From contig OZ024746.1 of NCBI GenBank assembly GCA_964016885.1, positions 6,882,001 through 6,946,000 of the forward strand: DNA of 64,000 bases, in the 5' to 3' direction. A program made the position numbers and the translations under genes. Of this stretch, positions 28,462 through 41,975 are shown piece after piece (within the stretch, counting starts at the first letter, position 1; every line of letters starts with the position of its first letter). The stretch comes from Eledone cirrhosa. Taxonomy: Eukaryota. Below the pieces are notes generated by a model, which did not search any database, was not told the DNA's origin, and worked only from the letters and a program-made list of their open reading frames with translations.

Positions 28462-29277
28462 ATTATCAAATCTACAAGATTTTGATATTATTTATTTTGA
28501 GAACAATACCTTAACATCAGTATGAGCAGCTGGTTATGGCCAGTTTGAACAGAAAGGGATGAGAGAAATGTGGCCAGATACGGCTGGTTTAAATGCTAAA
28601 GGGTTAACTATCATCATATATAATATTACACCTTATATTGATGCTGTTTAGCCATCAGTAAGCTCCGGTAGATCATATCTGTAAACAAAAGCATTTCATC
28701 TCTAACTAACTAATCTTTTCTTTTCTTTTTTTTTTCAGGCAGACAGTATCTAGGCTTCACTATCTAATATGACCTTCCTTTTGTTTAAGGCATAGCTGCT
28801 ATTTCCAGCAGACCTAGTGACCATATCAGAAGCTGTCTAGTTAGCCCTTGATATCTTTTTTACAAACATAAAATAAGTTAATTGTAGTCTTGATGAAGAT
28901 TTAAAAAATAAAAAATTCCAATGTAAACAACTGCACCAGTTGCTCTGTTGTCAACGTAAATATTTTCCTTTGAAAACCCCACTCTACTTATCTAGAAAAT
29001 CAAGTAGAGTTTGTTTTTTTTCCTACACTTTCTTTTTCTTCCTTTTTTTCGTCACCTTCAATGTAGGACAAACACAAACATGTCTCTCTCTCTCTCTCTC
29101 ACTATCTATCTATCTCCCTCCCACACACTGATTCATATGCACTCAAACACTCAGCCATACATATTATAATCAGTTTCAGAAATCAATGGTTGCCTGATTT
29201 TCTGTAAACAGTATTTAGAAAGTGGTTTGATTAAGCTTCCACTGCAGCTCATATGAGAGGGAGAGAGCAACAGTATC

Positions 29278-29366
<89 letters not shown>

Positions 29367-30056
29367 GGGAGTTTTTATGTATGTGAAATTGTAAGAGAGA
29401 TGGGGAAGGTAGAGAATGTGTATGCATGTGCATCACCTGTGCAGCTGGAGAAGAGTTCAAGAGTAAGAGATATCAGCAGTGGGGGGGGGGGGGGTAAATG
29501 CACATTTGTGTGAACAATTGTGCCAATGTTTTCTTGACATACATTACACCAGTTCCAACAATACAGAAAAGATTTCTCCGAGTTGTCATCAGTCAAATTT
29601 CTCCTTCTCCAGTGAGCATTCATTACAAATGTTTCTAAGGCCTCTAAATTGTGAGGGTGGGTCTAGTTACTTATGTAGTAGAAAGATGGGCGGATAGAAA
29701 GCAATGTAGTACACCATTGATAGCTGAGCTCAGTCAACAGACCAAAATGTTGCTGTAACAATAAAATGATGCTCATAGGGTTAATGGACATTGACCTTCA
29801 ACAGCTACAAGGAATCAAAATTAATTAATTTACATATTTACTGCTCTATTGACATTCTGAAGAGCAGAAACAAAATAGCTTGTGTAATCTGTAAATGTCG
29901 GTGTTTTTAAAATAAATAATACTTTCACTTTACAGGTGTCTTGTATTGAGTTCTTTCTATTTCATTGTTGCTATTTGTTTTCAGCAAAATATTTTTATTA
30001 CATTCATCATCATAGATAGCTTACAGAAGTGAGAGTGGCAAGATGCTGTTGGAATA

Positions 30057-30337
30057 CACCCCTCCAATTCCTGTTATCACACACCCATGTTATCACACCC
30101 CTCCAACCCATATTATCACACCCTTCCAATTCCTGTTATCACACACCCATGTTGTCACATCCCTCCAATCCATGTTACCACACCCCTCCAATCCATGTTA
30201 CCACACCCCTCCAATCCATGTTATCACACCCTCCAATCCATGTTATCACACCTATTCAACACATGTTATCACACCCCTCCAACCCATGTTATCACACCTC
30301 TCCAATCCATGTTGTCACACCCCCAACCCATGTTATC
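30057..30337. repeat. Degenerate minisatellite, about 23-bp unit
   Basis: cacccctccaatccatgttatca variants, about 85 bp from the exon 2 donor. Confidence 0.9.
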
Positions 30338-30420
30338 ATGAAAAAAAAACACATGTAAAATCCAACCTATGTGTGTGTAGAGTGAAAAAATTCATCAATA
30401 TTGATTATAGATTTCCTTAC

Positions 30421-30489
30421 CTTTACATTATCTGAATTCTGCTCTTCAGAGGTGTACAATCCTTGCATAAAACCAGTGCTTTTAATAAC
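30421..30489 (-). CDS. TRAF3IP1: TRAF3IP1 coding exon 2
   Basis: TTTTGTAG acceptor, VIKSTGFMQGLYTSEEQNSDNVK (69 nt, phase 0-0), GTAAGG donor; matches IFT54 TGFMxGLY...SDNVK. Confidence 0.95.
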
Positions 30490-31309
30490 CTACAAAATAT
30501 TGATATAAGAAGAATTAAAATACAATGAATGAATCATAACATAAAGTTCATGAATCTTGGGTAAGATTCTGAAAGAACACGATCGTGAATACAAGTGGAC
30601 AAAATGGGGTTCCTCCAAAGAGTCTTTGGATTAACATTACTTGATAGAGTGCGTAACTTGGAGATGAGAAAGTCACTCCAGGGAGAGCCACAACTATGGA
30701 CATGTGGTTTAGAATGTCTCAGGATATCAGAGAGTCACTCGAGGTAGAGTTGCTACTTCTCTGAATTGAGAGATTACAGCTCCGATACTATGGTTGCAAT
30801 GTCTCAGGAAAGAATTGCTGGACAGATTTTATGGGTAAAACCAACCAGCATGAGACCCAGGAGTAGACCCCATGCAACATGGTTGGCTAACATCCATGAG
30901 CTTAGCTGGTCTTATTTGGGGATCCAGCCAGATCAGAAAAATTTCTAGACTAAAAACATGATGAATACAATCAATAAACAGGAAGAACTGACCACATGAT
31001 TGAGAACACTGCCCCCCACCCTCTCAGGAATAAGTAAGCAAAGAAGAAGAATCATAACTTCAAATCTTCTACATAAAATAGGAATTGCACATGGCATAAT
31101 ATAGTCCAAGATACACCATATCTTTAAAATGAAACAGGATAGTCACAGGTAGAAAACCTTTGGCCATCAGTCTTCTCAAACACAGCAAACATCTAACTAA
31201 ATAGCAACATATACAGAGCTTAAAAGAAAAATGTCATTAAGATGAAGAATATCTCAAATTATATGTAACTAGCATACAACATTCAACTCTTCTTATACTG
31301 AGTTCTATC

Positions 31310-32390
31310 AGCCCACACTGTAAAGTGATCATGTAGGTGTCACGACTAAAAGCACCAAGTCCACACTGTAAAGTGGTTGTGTAGGTGACACGACAAAGGG
31401 CACCAAGTTCATACTGCAAAGTGGTCATGTAGGTGTCACAACAGAAAGCACCCAGCCCACACTGTAAAGTGGTCATGTAGGTGTCACGACAAAAAACACC
31501 CAGCCCACACTGTAAAGTGGTCGTGTAGGTGTCACAACAAAAAGCACCCAGCCCACACTGTAAAGTGGTCATGTAGGTGTCACGACAAAAAGCACCCAGC
31601 CCACACTGTAAAGTGGTCATGTAGGTGTCACAACAAAAAGTACCAAGTCCACACTGTAAAGTGGTTGCGTAGGTGTCACGACTAAAAGCACCCAACCCAC
31701 ACTGTAAAGTTGTCATGTAGGTGTCACGACAAAAAGCACCCAATCCACACTGTAAATGTGGTTGTGTAGATGTCACAACAAAAAGCACCCAATCCACACT
31801 GTAAAGTGGTCATGTAGGTGTCACAACAAAAAGCACCAAGTCCACACTGTAAAGTGGTCCTGTAGGTGTCACAACAAAAAGCACCCAGCCCACACTGTAA
31901 AGTGGTCATGTAGGTGTCACGACAAAAAGCACCCAGCCCACACTGTAAAGTGGTCATGTAGGTGTCACAACAAAAAGTACCAAGTCCACACTGTAAAGTG
32001 GTTGCGTAGGTGTCACAACAAAAAGCACCCAGTCCACACTGTAAAGTGGTTGCGTAGGTGTCACGACTAAAAGCACCCAGCCCACACTGTAAAGTGGTCA
32101 TGTAGGTGTCACGACAAAAAGCACCCAATCCACACTGTAAATGTGGTTGTGTAGATGTCACAACAAAAAGCACCCAATCCACACTGTAAAGTGGTCATGT
32201 AGGTGTCACAACAAAAAGCACCAAGTCCACACTGTAAAGTGGTTGGTGTTAGTTTGGGCATCCAGCCATAGAAACCAAACCAGAAAGAGTTCTGTATGAG
32301 CAAGACACAGTTACTTGAACCGACTTGCTTCAAATAGGACAACCAGTCTAACCCATGCTAGCATGGAAACTGGAAGTTAAACAGTGGTGA
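31310..32390 (+). repeat. 48-bp repeat array (about 19 copies) ending in an RTE-type 3' tail
   Basis: Same unit as 12157; 16-aa periodicity in the ORF track; tail aacccatgctagcatggaa. Confidence 0.9.
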
Positions 32391-34624
32391 TAATATTTTC
32401 TGTGAAATTGTCATAATAAGATCTGACATTAACAATCTCAACTACTTTTCAAAGAGAAGGAAATAATTTTAGATTATGGCAGCAGTTGTGGAAATATTTG
32501 TCAATAGGTCATTTAAGTGCAGTTATTAAAATATCAAGCAGTAGGTCATTCACATACAACACTGACACAAAGTACTTGTATCTTCACCATAATGCTGTTT
32601 GACATTTCTGTCATTACATATTGAATTAGAAACTCTGCAACATTCAATATCCAGCAGCTCTCATTCCATCATTATTGTAACATTGTTTATTGTTCTAACA
32701 TTCTAGCACCTTACAACACCCCTTCAATAAATGTGAACTACTCTGGCTTGGGCTCCTCTTGCCATTAACTGTTCCTTCAATTCATTTAACTCATGCTCTT
32801 TGTTTTTCATCAACTTTATCAATGTTCTTCATTCAAATTCAGTCGTTGTCTTCCCTGGCTTTCTCTAGCTGACATTTTTCTTTTAAATGCTGATTTCATT
32901 TTTATCAGTTGAAATATGTCTATATAATAACTCACTGTAAATGAGGCTGGTGTTAGGAAGGGCATCCAGCTGTAGAAATCATGCCAGAATCAGTTCCAGT
33001 ATGAGCAAGACAAGGTCAGCCGATTGGACACTGTCCACAACAGGACAACCCGTCTAACCCATGCTAGCGTGGAAGAACGGACGTAAAATGGTGATGATGA
33101 TGATGCATCTAGAGCACTAGAACATTGTATTTCCTGGCATCAAAGACGCTATATTTTTGGGAGGCCGAAGGTTGCATTTTTCATAGACATATCCTAACCT
33201 CACAGGAAAATTATCTCTGCTAGACAGTAATCTGAACTCCTGTATATGACTTCTCAATGAAGTGTATAAATTATACTAAGCTAAAGTAGTAAATAAACAA
33301 AAGTATCATAAAATTGAGGATTCACCCCAATTTTGACAACCAAAAATTTTTTTTTAAATAATAAACATAAAAATAATTAACAATATTTGGTGGTAAACCA
33401 GTCACGTTTTCTTTGACGACAAAAATAATGTAGAGCAGAAAATTCGTTAGTGTTGCAGGAGACAAAACAACCTCCTTACTGTTGGTGCCACAATCAAATG
33501 TACACCATACACTCTGCAAAATTCATGATGTTAGGAAGGACTTCCAGCCATAGGAAATGGAATGTTGGCATGTGACATGGCTCTCATTTACAAGAGCAGC
33601 AACTCTAAATAAGATGATGGTGGTGTGCAGGAGAGAGGTCAGTGTTGGTATGGACATGTGATGCACATGGACAATGAAGGATGGATGAAGAAGTGCCAGG
33701 ATATGCCAGTGGAAGGAAGCTGCAGTAAAGGAAGATTAAAAAAAGGCATGGGCAGAGGTTAAGAGAGATGACTGAAAATTGCTACAACTCACAGAGGAGA
33801 TGACAAAGGACTGCAACGTGTGAAGAGATGCTGTTCTGAGAAGAACCTGTCCAACCCATGCAAGCATGGAAAAATGGACGGAAAAATAATGATGGTGATG
33901 ATGAACTTTATATTATATAGATGTTTCTTATATTTCTCGCTCAATATAGTATATATTCTAAATACTATATTTTCATCGAATGAGAACTCGATGCAAGGAA
34001 ACTGTTAAAATGGTGTCAGGTAAACTTTACCTCAAAGGATAGAAATCAGCAGCTTTAAGTGTATTGGCCCACAGAAGTGATAGGAAAAAAGGATAAAAGG
34101 AAGAAAATGGACGAAAGAAAATCACACAAACATTTATATACACTCATCAGCTTTTAGACCAGCTGTGGTTTCACACGATTTAACTAAAATTTAACTATAT
34201 TTCCATTATCTTTTTATAATGTTTATTGTTTATCTTTATATTTATTCTTAATTTCATATATATACTTTTGCTTACCTTGTTCCTCCATCCTTCCTATTAT
34301 ATATAACACCCACCAATCTTCAAATTTTTCCAAACCCTTTGTTAATTATTATAATAATTATGATTTCACCATTAATTCTGTCTAATTCCTTAATTTCATA
34401 ATTCTTACATATTAGAATTCTTTATTATTAATTTTCATTTTTCAATCATAATTGTAATGTTAGATTTTATCACAAAAAGTTTCAATTTATTTTCTAATTT
34501 TCAAATACACCCCATACAAATAAATAAATATATAGACAGACATGAATATAAGCTAATACACAGAAATATATATATAAATATATACAATATTAATAAATGG
34601 AAACTATATTTATAAAACCATATT

Positions 34625-34689
34625 TATTTCATTATACATATTTCAGGGATACCAAATTAAATTATGGTATGCCTTCATCAGACAAAATA
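34625..34689 (-). ncRNA. Type I hammerhead ribozyme motif (left arm of palindrome)
   Basis: Exact reverse complement of 34836-34900. Confidence 0.78.
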
Positions 34690-34835
34690 CAATATATAAC
34701 AGTTTTACAAATAAGTTTTGCGTACCCTTTTAAAATGCGACCATTATTTTTGGAGGCCATCTGGATGGCCTCCAAAAATAATGGTCGCATTTTAAAAGGG
34801 TACGCAAAACTTATTTGTAAAACTGTTATATATTG

Positions 34836-34900
34836 TATTTTGTCTGATGAAGGCATACCATAATTTAATTTGGTATCCCTGAAATATGTATAATGAAATA
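34836..34900 (+). ncRNA. Type I hammerhead ribozyme motif (right arm of palindrome)
   Basis: tattttgt-CTGATGA-agg c atacca taatttaatt tggtat c cct-GAAA-tatgta-TA-atgaaata; 8-bp stem I with two G-U pairs. Confidence 0.8.
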
Positions 34901-35038
34901 AATATGGTTTTATAAATATAGTTTCCATTTATTAATATCGTATATCTACTCCAAATACTTGTCGAGTGCTTTATATCAGTTATAAAAATATTTACTTGTT
35001 GTATCCCAACAATTTAAATAGAACTTTTGCATATATAA

Positions 35039-35076
<38 letters not shown>

Positions 35077-35611
35077 GGAGGATGACCGCTGAGTAAAGAA
35101 GTGCCAGTAGAAGGAAGACGCAGTTGAGGAAGACCACGAAAAACATGGGCGGAGGTAGTGAGAGTAGACCTCAGATCGCTGAAACTCACGGAGATGACGA
35201 CGAAGGATAGTGACAGTGGAGAGATGCTGTGCTGAATAGGACCCGTCCAACCCTTGCATGCAGGGAAAAGCAGACGTAAAATGATGATGATGATATATAT
35301 ACACAGATACATGTAGGGTAATACAAACAGGAATAGTTATAGAAATATATAGGCAGACAGAAATATAAGCTAATACATACAGAAATAGACACCCACCTTG
35401 TGGTTTGTCTCTCTCTCTGTTGATCACTGGCCAGTGGTCTCTCTCTGTTGACCAGTGGCCACTGGTCTCTGTCCTCAGACAGCTTTGACAGCATATAGCT
35501 GTTTTAAAAGCTGTTCTAGCAATAAGTTATCTCATTTTTTATGCATTCAAATATACTCTCGCTTCATCTCAATCAAAGACAACATTGTTTTTTTATATAT
35601 ATATATATATC

Positions 35612-35878
35612 ATAATAATAAAAGAACGATTTGTTATGTCTTCATTATGTTTATTGAGTAGTGACATGCATTTCGCTATTGATCAGCTCAAGGTTCGATC
35701 TGTATCGATCTAGCCCGACTCTGAAAAGTCGTCGGACTACAGCAGAGGTCCGACGAGCTTTTGATTCCAGAGTCGGCTAGATTGATAGAGGTCAAACTTT
35801 GACCTGATCAATAGCGAAATGCATGTCACTACTCAATAAACATAATGAAGACATAACAAATCGTTCTTTTATTATTAT
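35612..35878. mobile_element. Foldback/MITE-like element
   Basis: About 75-bp perfect terminal inverted repeats, imperfect inner arms up to a gtcggac/gtccgac hairpin; next to (TA)n. Confidence 0.7.
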
Positions 35879-36002
35879 ATTTACACTCTGCTTAGTTCTA
35901 CAGCTCTTTACAGACTGGAAACTACGCATCAAGTACTCACTTGGGTGAACCTACAGTAACTGCATGTTACACTCCCTGGATATATATATATATATATATA
36001 TA

Positions 36003-39000
36003 ATAAGCTTTTCTGGGTGGGAAATGACAATGGGCTGGGTGGAGTAGGAATCATGCTACCAGAAAAATGGGTAGATAAGATAATAGACGTAAATAGAGTG
36101 AACGACAGAATAATTAAAATAAGACTTGTCCTCAATAGAACTACTGTGACAATAATATCTGCGTACACACCCCAATTCGGACTGCCTGGCGTTATAAAAG
36201 ACAGATTCTATGAATCGTTAATGCTTACTACCTCCCAAATAACCGACAGTGACTATATAATTATTGCTGGCGACCTAAATGGTCACAATGGACAACATTA
36301 TGACGGCTATGATGGAATCCATGGAGGCTATGGGTTTGGTACTAGAAATGAGGAAGGCTCCAGAATCCTGTGACACAAATAACCTAACTATCTGTAACAC
36401 AAACTTCAAAAAACGAGACAATCACTTGATCACCTATAGATCAGGGGAACACGCCAGTCAGATAGATTATATCCTTACCAGAAGACGTGACAGAGTGTCT
36501 TTCGTAAACACTAAATCCCTCCCCCATGAAGAATGCACCTCCCAACATAGACTCATAGTCAGCGACCTCATAGTCAGGACAAGACATACTCGACAACAGA
36601 GGAGAACTATCCTCAGGAGAAAAATATGGAAGTTAAAGGACCCCACAGCCAGTAATAAATTTAAAAGCATATTACTTGATGCTTTTGACAGTAAGGAAGA
36701 GCAATTAGAGTCGTACAATATAGAGGAACAGTGGGTATTCCTGAAAGCTAACCTGCTGAAGGCGACAGATGAAATCTGTGGCTGGAGCAGACCTATAGGC
36801 AGGAGGAGAGTAACTTGGTGGTGGAACAGTAAGGTGGAGGAGTCGATCAAGGCCAAAAAGCAGGCTTGGAAAGTATGACGAGATGGGGGAAGTAGAGAAC
36901 ACTATCAAGTAGCCAGGAGGGGAGCTAGGAGACAAGTGTACTTTGCAAAAAGGGAAGCAGAGGAAAGAAAGTTCAAGCATGTTCTACAACGCGAGGACCA
37001 AAAACGTGAGGTGTTCAGGATTGCTAGGCAATGTGCCAAGGAAAACTATGATATTGTCGGGGAAAAGTGTGTCTGTAATGATGATGGTGTACTTGTGCTC
37101 ACTGATACTGATAAGAAGGTAGCTTGGAAGTGTCACTAGGAAAGGCTACTAAATGAGGAGAATAAATGGGAGAAAGACAGTTCACCCCACATCGATCCAA
37201 TAGAGGGACCAGCAGTGCAAGTTGAAGGTAGTATAATAAGTAAGGCAATCAAAGATATGAAGATGGGCAAGGCGGCTGGGCCTTCGGAAATAGTTGCTGA
37301 AATGCTGAAAGCATCTGGAACAGTGGGATACACTATGGTCACCCGGATAGTAAACCAAGTCATAGAGAATGGGGTCATACCAAAGGACTGGCATAGCAGC
37401 ATCATCATTAACTGCTACAAGGGTAAAGGAGATGCCCCAGATAGGGGAAACTATAGCGGCATTAAATTAATTGACCAGGTCATGAAGGTCACAGAAAAAG
37501 TGATAGTGCAACTAATCTGAGAGCGAATTGATCTAGATGAAATGCAGTTCGGGTTTGTGTCAGGTAAAAGTACCACAGATGCTCTTTTCATTGTACGACA
37601 ACTACAGGAGAAGTACCTAGCTAAAAGTAAACCCCTATACTTAGCTTTCGTTGACTTGGAGAAAGCCTTTGACAGAGTCCCATGCCCCATTATCTGGTGG
37701 GCTCTTAGAAAACTAGGTGTTGATGAATGGCTTGTGAGAGCTATACAAGCCATGTATAAAGAAACAGTCAGCAAGGTTAGAGTTAACAACGAATATAGTG
37801 AAGAGTTTAGCATAAAAGTTGGTGTTCATCAGGGCTCCATCCTTAGCCCCCTCCTATTTATTATCGCCCTCCAAGCTATAACGGAGGAGTTCAAGACCGG
37901 CTGCCCATGGGAACTTCTATATGCAGATGATCTAACGCTCATAGCTGAATCAATGGCTGAACTAGAGAAGAAATTCCAAACATGGAAGCATGGCCTAGAA
38001 TCAAAAGGCCTTAAAGTTAACTTGTCTAAGACTAAAGTTCTAATATGTAGGAAGGAGAATAGGGCACTGGTCCCATCTGGGAAATGGCCATGCTCAGTGT
38101 GTAGGAAAGGAGTAGGCAGAAATTCCATTTTATTATGTCTCAAATGCAAAGTATGGGTGCATAAAAGATGTAGTGAGATCACAGGTAAGCTAACTAAGAA
38201 TATAGATAATATATGTGGCCGGTGCTCTGGTGCAATAAGTAGCAGCAAATGCCCACAGAATACTAGTTCATTCCATTGCCCAGATGGTTCTATAGAAATA
38301 GTGGACACCTTCCGTTACCTGGGTGACAAAATCAGCAGTGGTGGAGGGTGCTCCGAAAGTACTGTAGCTAGAGTCAGAACGGGACGGAAAAAGTTCAGAG
38401 AGCTTATACCACTATTGGCCGCTAAGGGTTTCTCTCTAAAAATGAAAGCAGGCTGTATGATGCCTGCATACGAACAGCGATGTTACATGGCAGTGAGACA
38501 TGGGCCTTGTGTGCAGATGATATACACAGACTGGAAAGGAATGAAGCTAGCATGCTCCGTTGGATGTGTAATAGTAATATACGCGAACGGCAAAGCATAA
38601 ATGAACTAAGTGAGAAATTAGGAATAAGAGGGATCAGATGCTGTTTACTCGAGAGAAGACTACGTTGGTATGGTCACGTGATGCGCATGAAAGACAACAG
38701 CTGTATAAAAAAGTGCAGGGCGATCAAAATAGACGGTAGCTACGGAGTAGGCAGACCCAGAAAAACCTGAGATGACTTGATAAATTCCGACCTCACACAC
38801 TTACACCACCTCTCCAAGACAATGTCACTGGACCGAGATCTTTGACACTACGCAGTACTACAGAAGACCCGCCTTGCCTAGGTACAAAGCGAAACCTACA
38901 GTCAGTAGGCACCTCTTAACCAAAATACACCCCCGTCCCACTACCCCTACCGCCATTTTTACCACTCCTTTCGATGTAAAGCTATGTTGGTATCACAACA

Positions 39001-39262
39001 TCCAGTCCTAAATAAATGAGGTCGTGTAGGTGACACAACAAAAAAACACAGTCCTGTAATGTGGCCGTGTAGGTAACATGGTAAAAACCACCCAGTCCAC
39101 ACTGTAAACGTGGTTGGTGTTAGGAAGGGCATCCAGCCATAGAAAACCCACCAGACAGTCCCGAGCAAGACAACCAATCTTGCCTCAAGTGGGACAATTC
39201 CCGTCCAGACCCATGCTAACGTGGAAGATGGACGTTAAACGATGATGATGATGATGATGATG
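36003..39262 (+). mobile_element. 5'-truncated, inactivated RTE-clade LINE (APE endonuclease + reverse transcriptase)
   Basis: GVGIML, SAYTPQ, AGDLNGH, SQIDYIL (APE); QFGF, FVDLEKAFD, GVHQGSILSP, YADD at 37920 (RT); RLRWYGHV, GRPRKTW; stops at 36876, 37137, 37518, 38768 and frameshifts; (GAT)n tail. Confidence 0.95.
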
Positions 39263-39853
39263 AATACAAGTGGAAACTTAGTAAAATCGAAGCTTTGGCT
39301 GTGGGCAAGCAAAGTCAACCTACAATATGAATGAGTTAGCAAAGCACTCAATAAGGGTAGGTCCTTAGAGTAATAACATATATATATATATATACATATT
39401 AGAAAGAGTTGGGGCCCAATGGCTGAGATATCGCTGCTTTAACACCTAATTCCAAACTGGAATTATCTGTTGAGACATCAAGAGCTTGGCCATCAACCTT
39501 GACTCTTTTCTAATATAGTCACACTCTACTAAGTATTGAGTACTCTGTTGAATAATGTTCTTACTAGTTTCATACATGTTCTTACTAGTTTCATACATGT
39601 TTAATCCTATATATATAATCCTATATATCATACGTCACTGCATGGAAGGAACATGATTCGATATATCTCTAGAATGGTTTGAGCAACAATGATAAATGGA
39701 ATGAATTCGCATTCTCAGAGTGGCAACTATTAATTCAATTTTGAAATGGTTATGTAAAATATGCATAGACAACATGTAGAAATCAGACAGAAAATAACAA
39801 CAAATACCTCAGAAAAATATGCATATATATATATATATATACAAATATATATA

Positions 39854-39919
<66 letters not shown>

Positions 39920-39922
<3 letters not shown>

Positions 39923-40522
39923 TCATCATCATCATCATCATCAACGTTTAACGTCCGTGTTCCACGCTTGCATGGGTTTGGACGGGGGTAGTCCCACTTG
40001 AGGCAAGAGTGATTGTCTTGCTCGCATAGGACTGTCTGGCAGGTTTTCTACAGTTGGATGCCCTTCCTAACACCAACCACATTTACAGTGTGGGTCTGGG
40101 AGGTTTTTACCGTGTTGCCTACACGGCCACATTACAGCGTGGACTGTGTGTTTTTTTGTCGTGACACCTACACGATCTCATTTGTTTCGGCCTGGATGGC
40201 GCGGCACCAACATAACTTTACATAGAACGGGGTGGTGTGGATGGGGTGGGGGTGGTGGCGGGACGGGGTGTATTTTGTTAGAGATGCCTACTGGCAAGGC
40301 GGGTCTTCTCTGTTACTGAGTACCGCCAAAGGTCTCGGTCCAGTGACATTGTCTTGGAGAGGTGTAAGTGTGTGAGGTCGGAGTTTATCAGCTCATCCCA
40401 GGTTTTTCTAGGTCTGCCTATTCCGTGGCTACCGTCTATCTTTATTGCCCTGCACTTTGTTATACAGCTATCGACTTTCATGCGCATCACGTGTCCATAC
40501 CAACGTAGCCTTCTCTCGAGTA

Positions 40523-40525
<3 letters not shown>
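39920..40525 (-). mobile_element. RTE LINE 3' fragment
   Basis: Minus-strand ERRLRWYGHV...GRPRKTW, 3' UTR, (ATC)n tail. Confidence 0.92.
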
Positions 40526-40554
<29 letters not shown>

Positions 40555-41524
40555 CATAGAATGCAGTGAGAAAATGAAATGGAAGGCTTTTTTCCCCAAC
40601 CAAGAACAATCTTATTCACCAAACAGAAATTCAGATATGAAATCTGTAAATATCCAGCACACAGCAAAATGTCAGAAAATCTTTTAATACATTGTTTTTT
40701 TTTTTCTGCCTTATGTTCAAAATGCTAAAATGTCTTTTTTTAAATTACTCATTTTCAAGACCTAAACAAAATGGACTTGAAAATATTTAAGCACATAGAT
40801 ATACCAGTAAAAGTTAATATAAAACTGGCATCCCTTTTTACCATTTAGTTGTTGGAAATAATCTAATAAAAATATAGATGTAAGAAAAATCTAACATATA
40901 CAATATCAATATAGAAGCAGATACACTAATATCCTAAATGAAGATATATCATTTTAACATCTCCCAAACAAGTCAGTACTGAAGCAGACTTACTGACCTC
41001 CCCAACAGGCTGCATCTCACTTACATACGCTCCCACACTCATTGTTGTTTATTGTGGCACCAGCATTAGAAAGGTTATGTTTTTGGCACACATTTGGCAA
41101 GCTTTCTGCGACTGGATGCTCTTCCTATCACCAACTACTTTTGATATATTTATCATGTAAGGAGGTTGTTATGTCTTTGACACAACTGAAGGGTCCTCCT
41201 AACCCTTTCTTTGGCAACCTTTCTACAGTTGGATGCCCTTCCTATCACCAACCACTTTACAGCATGTTCTGGATATGTTTATCATGTAGATCACCAACAT
41301 TAGAGAGGTTGTTGTGTCATAGCCACAACTGAAGGGTCCTCTCAACACTTTTAGGTATGGTTTCTATAGCGGGAGTGCCTTTCCTATCGCTAACCACTTT
41401 ACAGAGTGTACTGGGTCCATTTACATGGTTCAATACTAGAAAGGTTGTCAGTTACTGTGCTACCTGAAAACGGTGAGAGGGAGGAAAGGAGAAGTGAGAT
41501 AAGTATGAAGTTATGTATATATAT

Positions 41525-41975
41525 ATGTGTGAGATGCGTGATGCTGCATGGTAGTGAGACATGGCCAGCAACTGCAGAGGATATGTGACGGTTGGAGAGA
41601 AATGAAGCAAGCATGCTCCGTTGGATGTGCAATGTCAATGTGCATGAACGACCAAGCATGGATGTGTTGAGAGAGAAACTGTGTTTAAGAGGATAAGTTG
41701 TAGTGTGCAGGAGATAAGACTGAGATGGTATGGACATGTGATGCGCATGGAGGATGACCGCTGGATAAGAAGTGCCAAGAAATCTCAGTGGAGGGAAGAC
41801 GCAGTAGAGGAAGACCACGAAAAACATGGGCGGAGGTAGTGAGAGCAGACCTCAGCTCGCTGAAGCTCACGGAGGAGATGACGAAGGGCCAAGACAAGTG
41901 GAGAGATGTTGTGCCGAATAGAATCCGTCCCACCCTTGTAAGCAGGGAAAAGTGGATGTAAAATGATGATGATGA
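41525..41975 (+). mobile_element. RTE LINE 3' fragment
   Basis: MLHGSETW...; similar to 21150-21465. Confidence 0.88.

Larger units (their letters stand above)
34580..34945. repeat. Long palindrome (175-bp perfect arms, 2-nt spacer) of a hammerhead-bearing repeat
   Basis: 34587-34761 is the reverse complement of 34764-34938; the right arm continues to about 35030 and matches 45760-45918. Confidence 0.93.

Noticed and set aside
34597-34928. Twin 88-aa ORFs on both strands
   Set aside because: Mirror images produced by the palindrome; no recognisable protein
37542-38600. Active reverse transcriptase gene
   Set aside because: Fragment of an RTE ORF broken by stops and frameshifts and 5'-truncated
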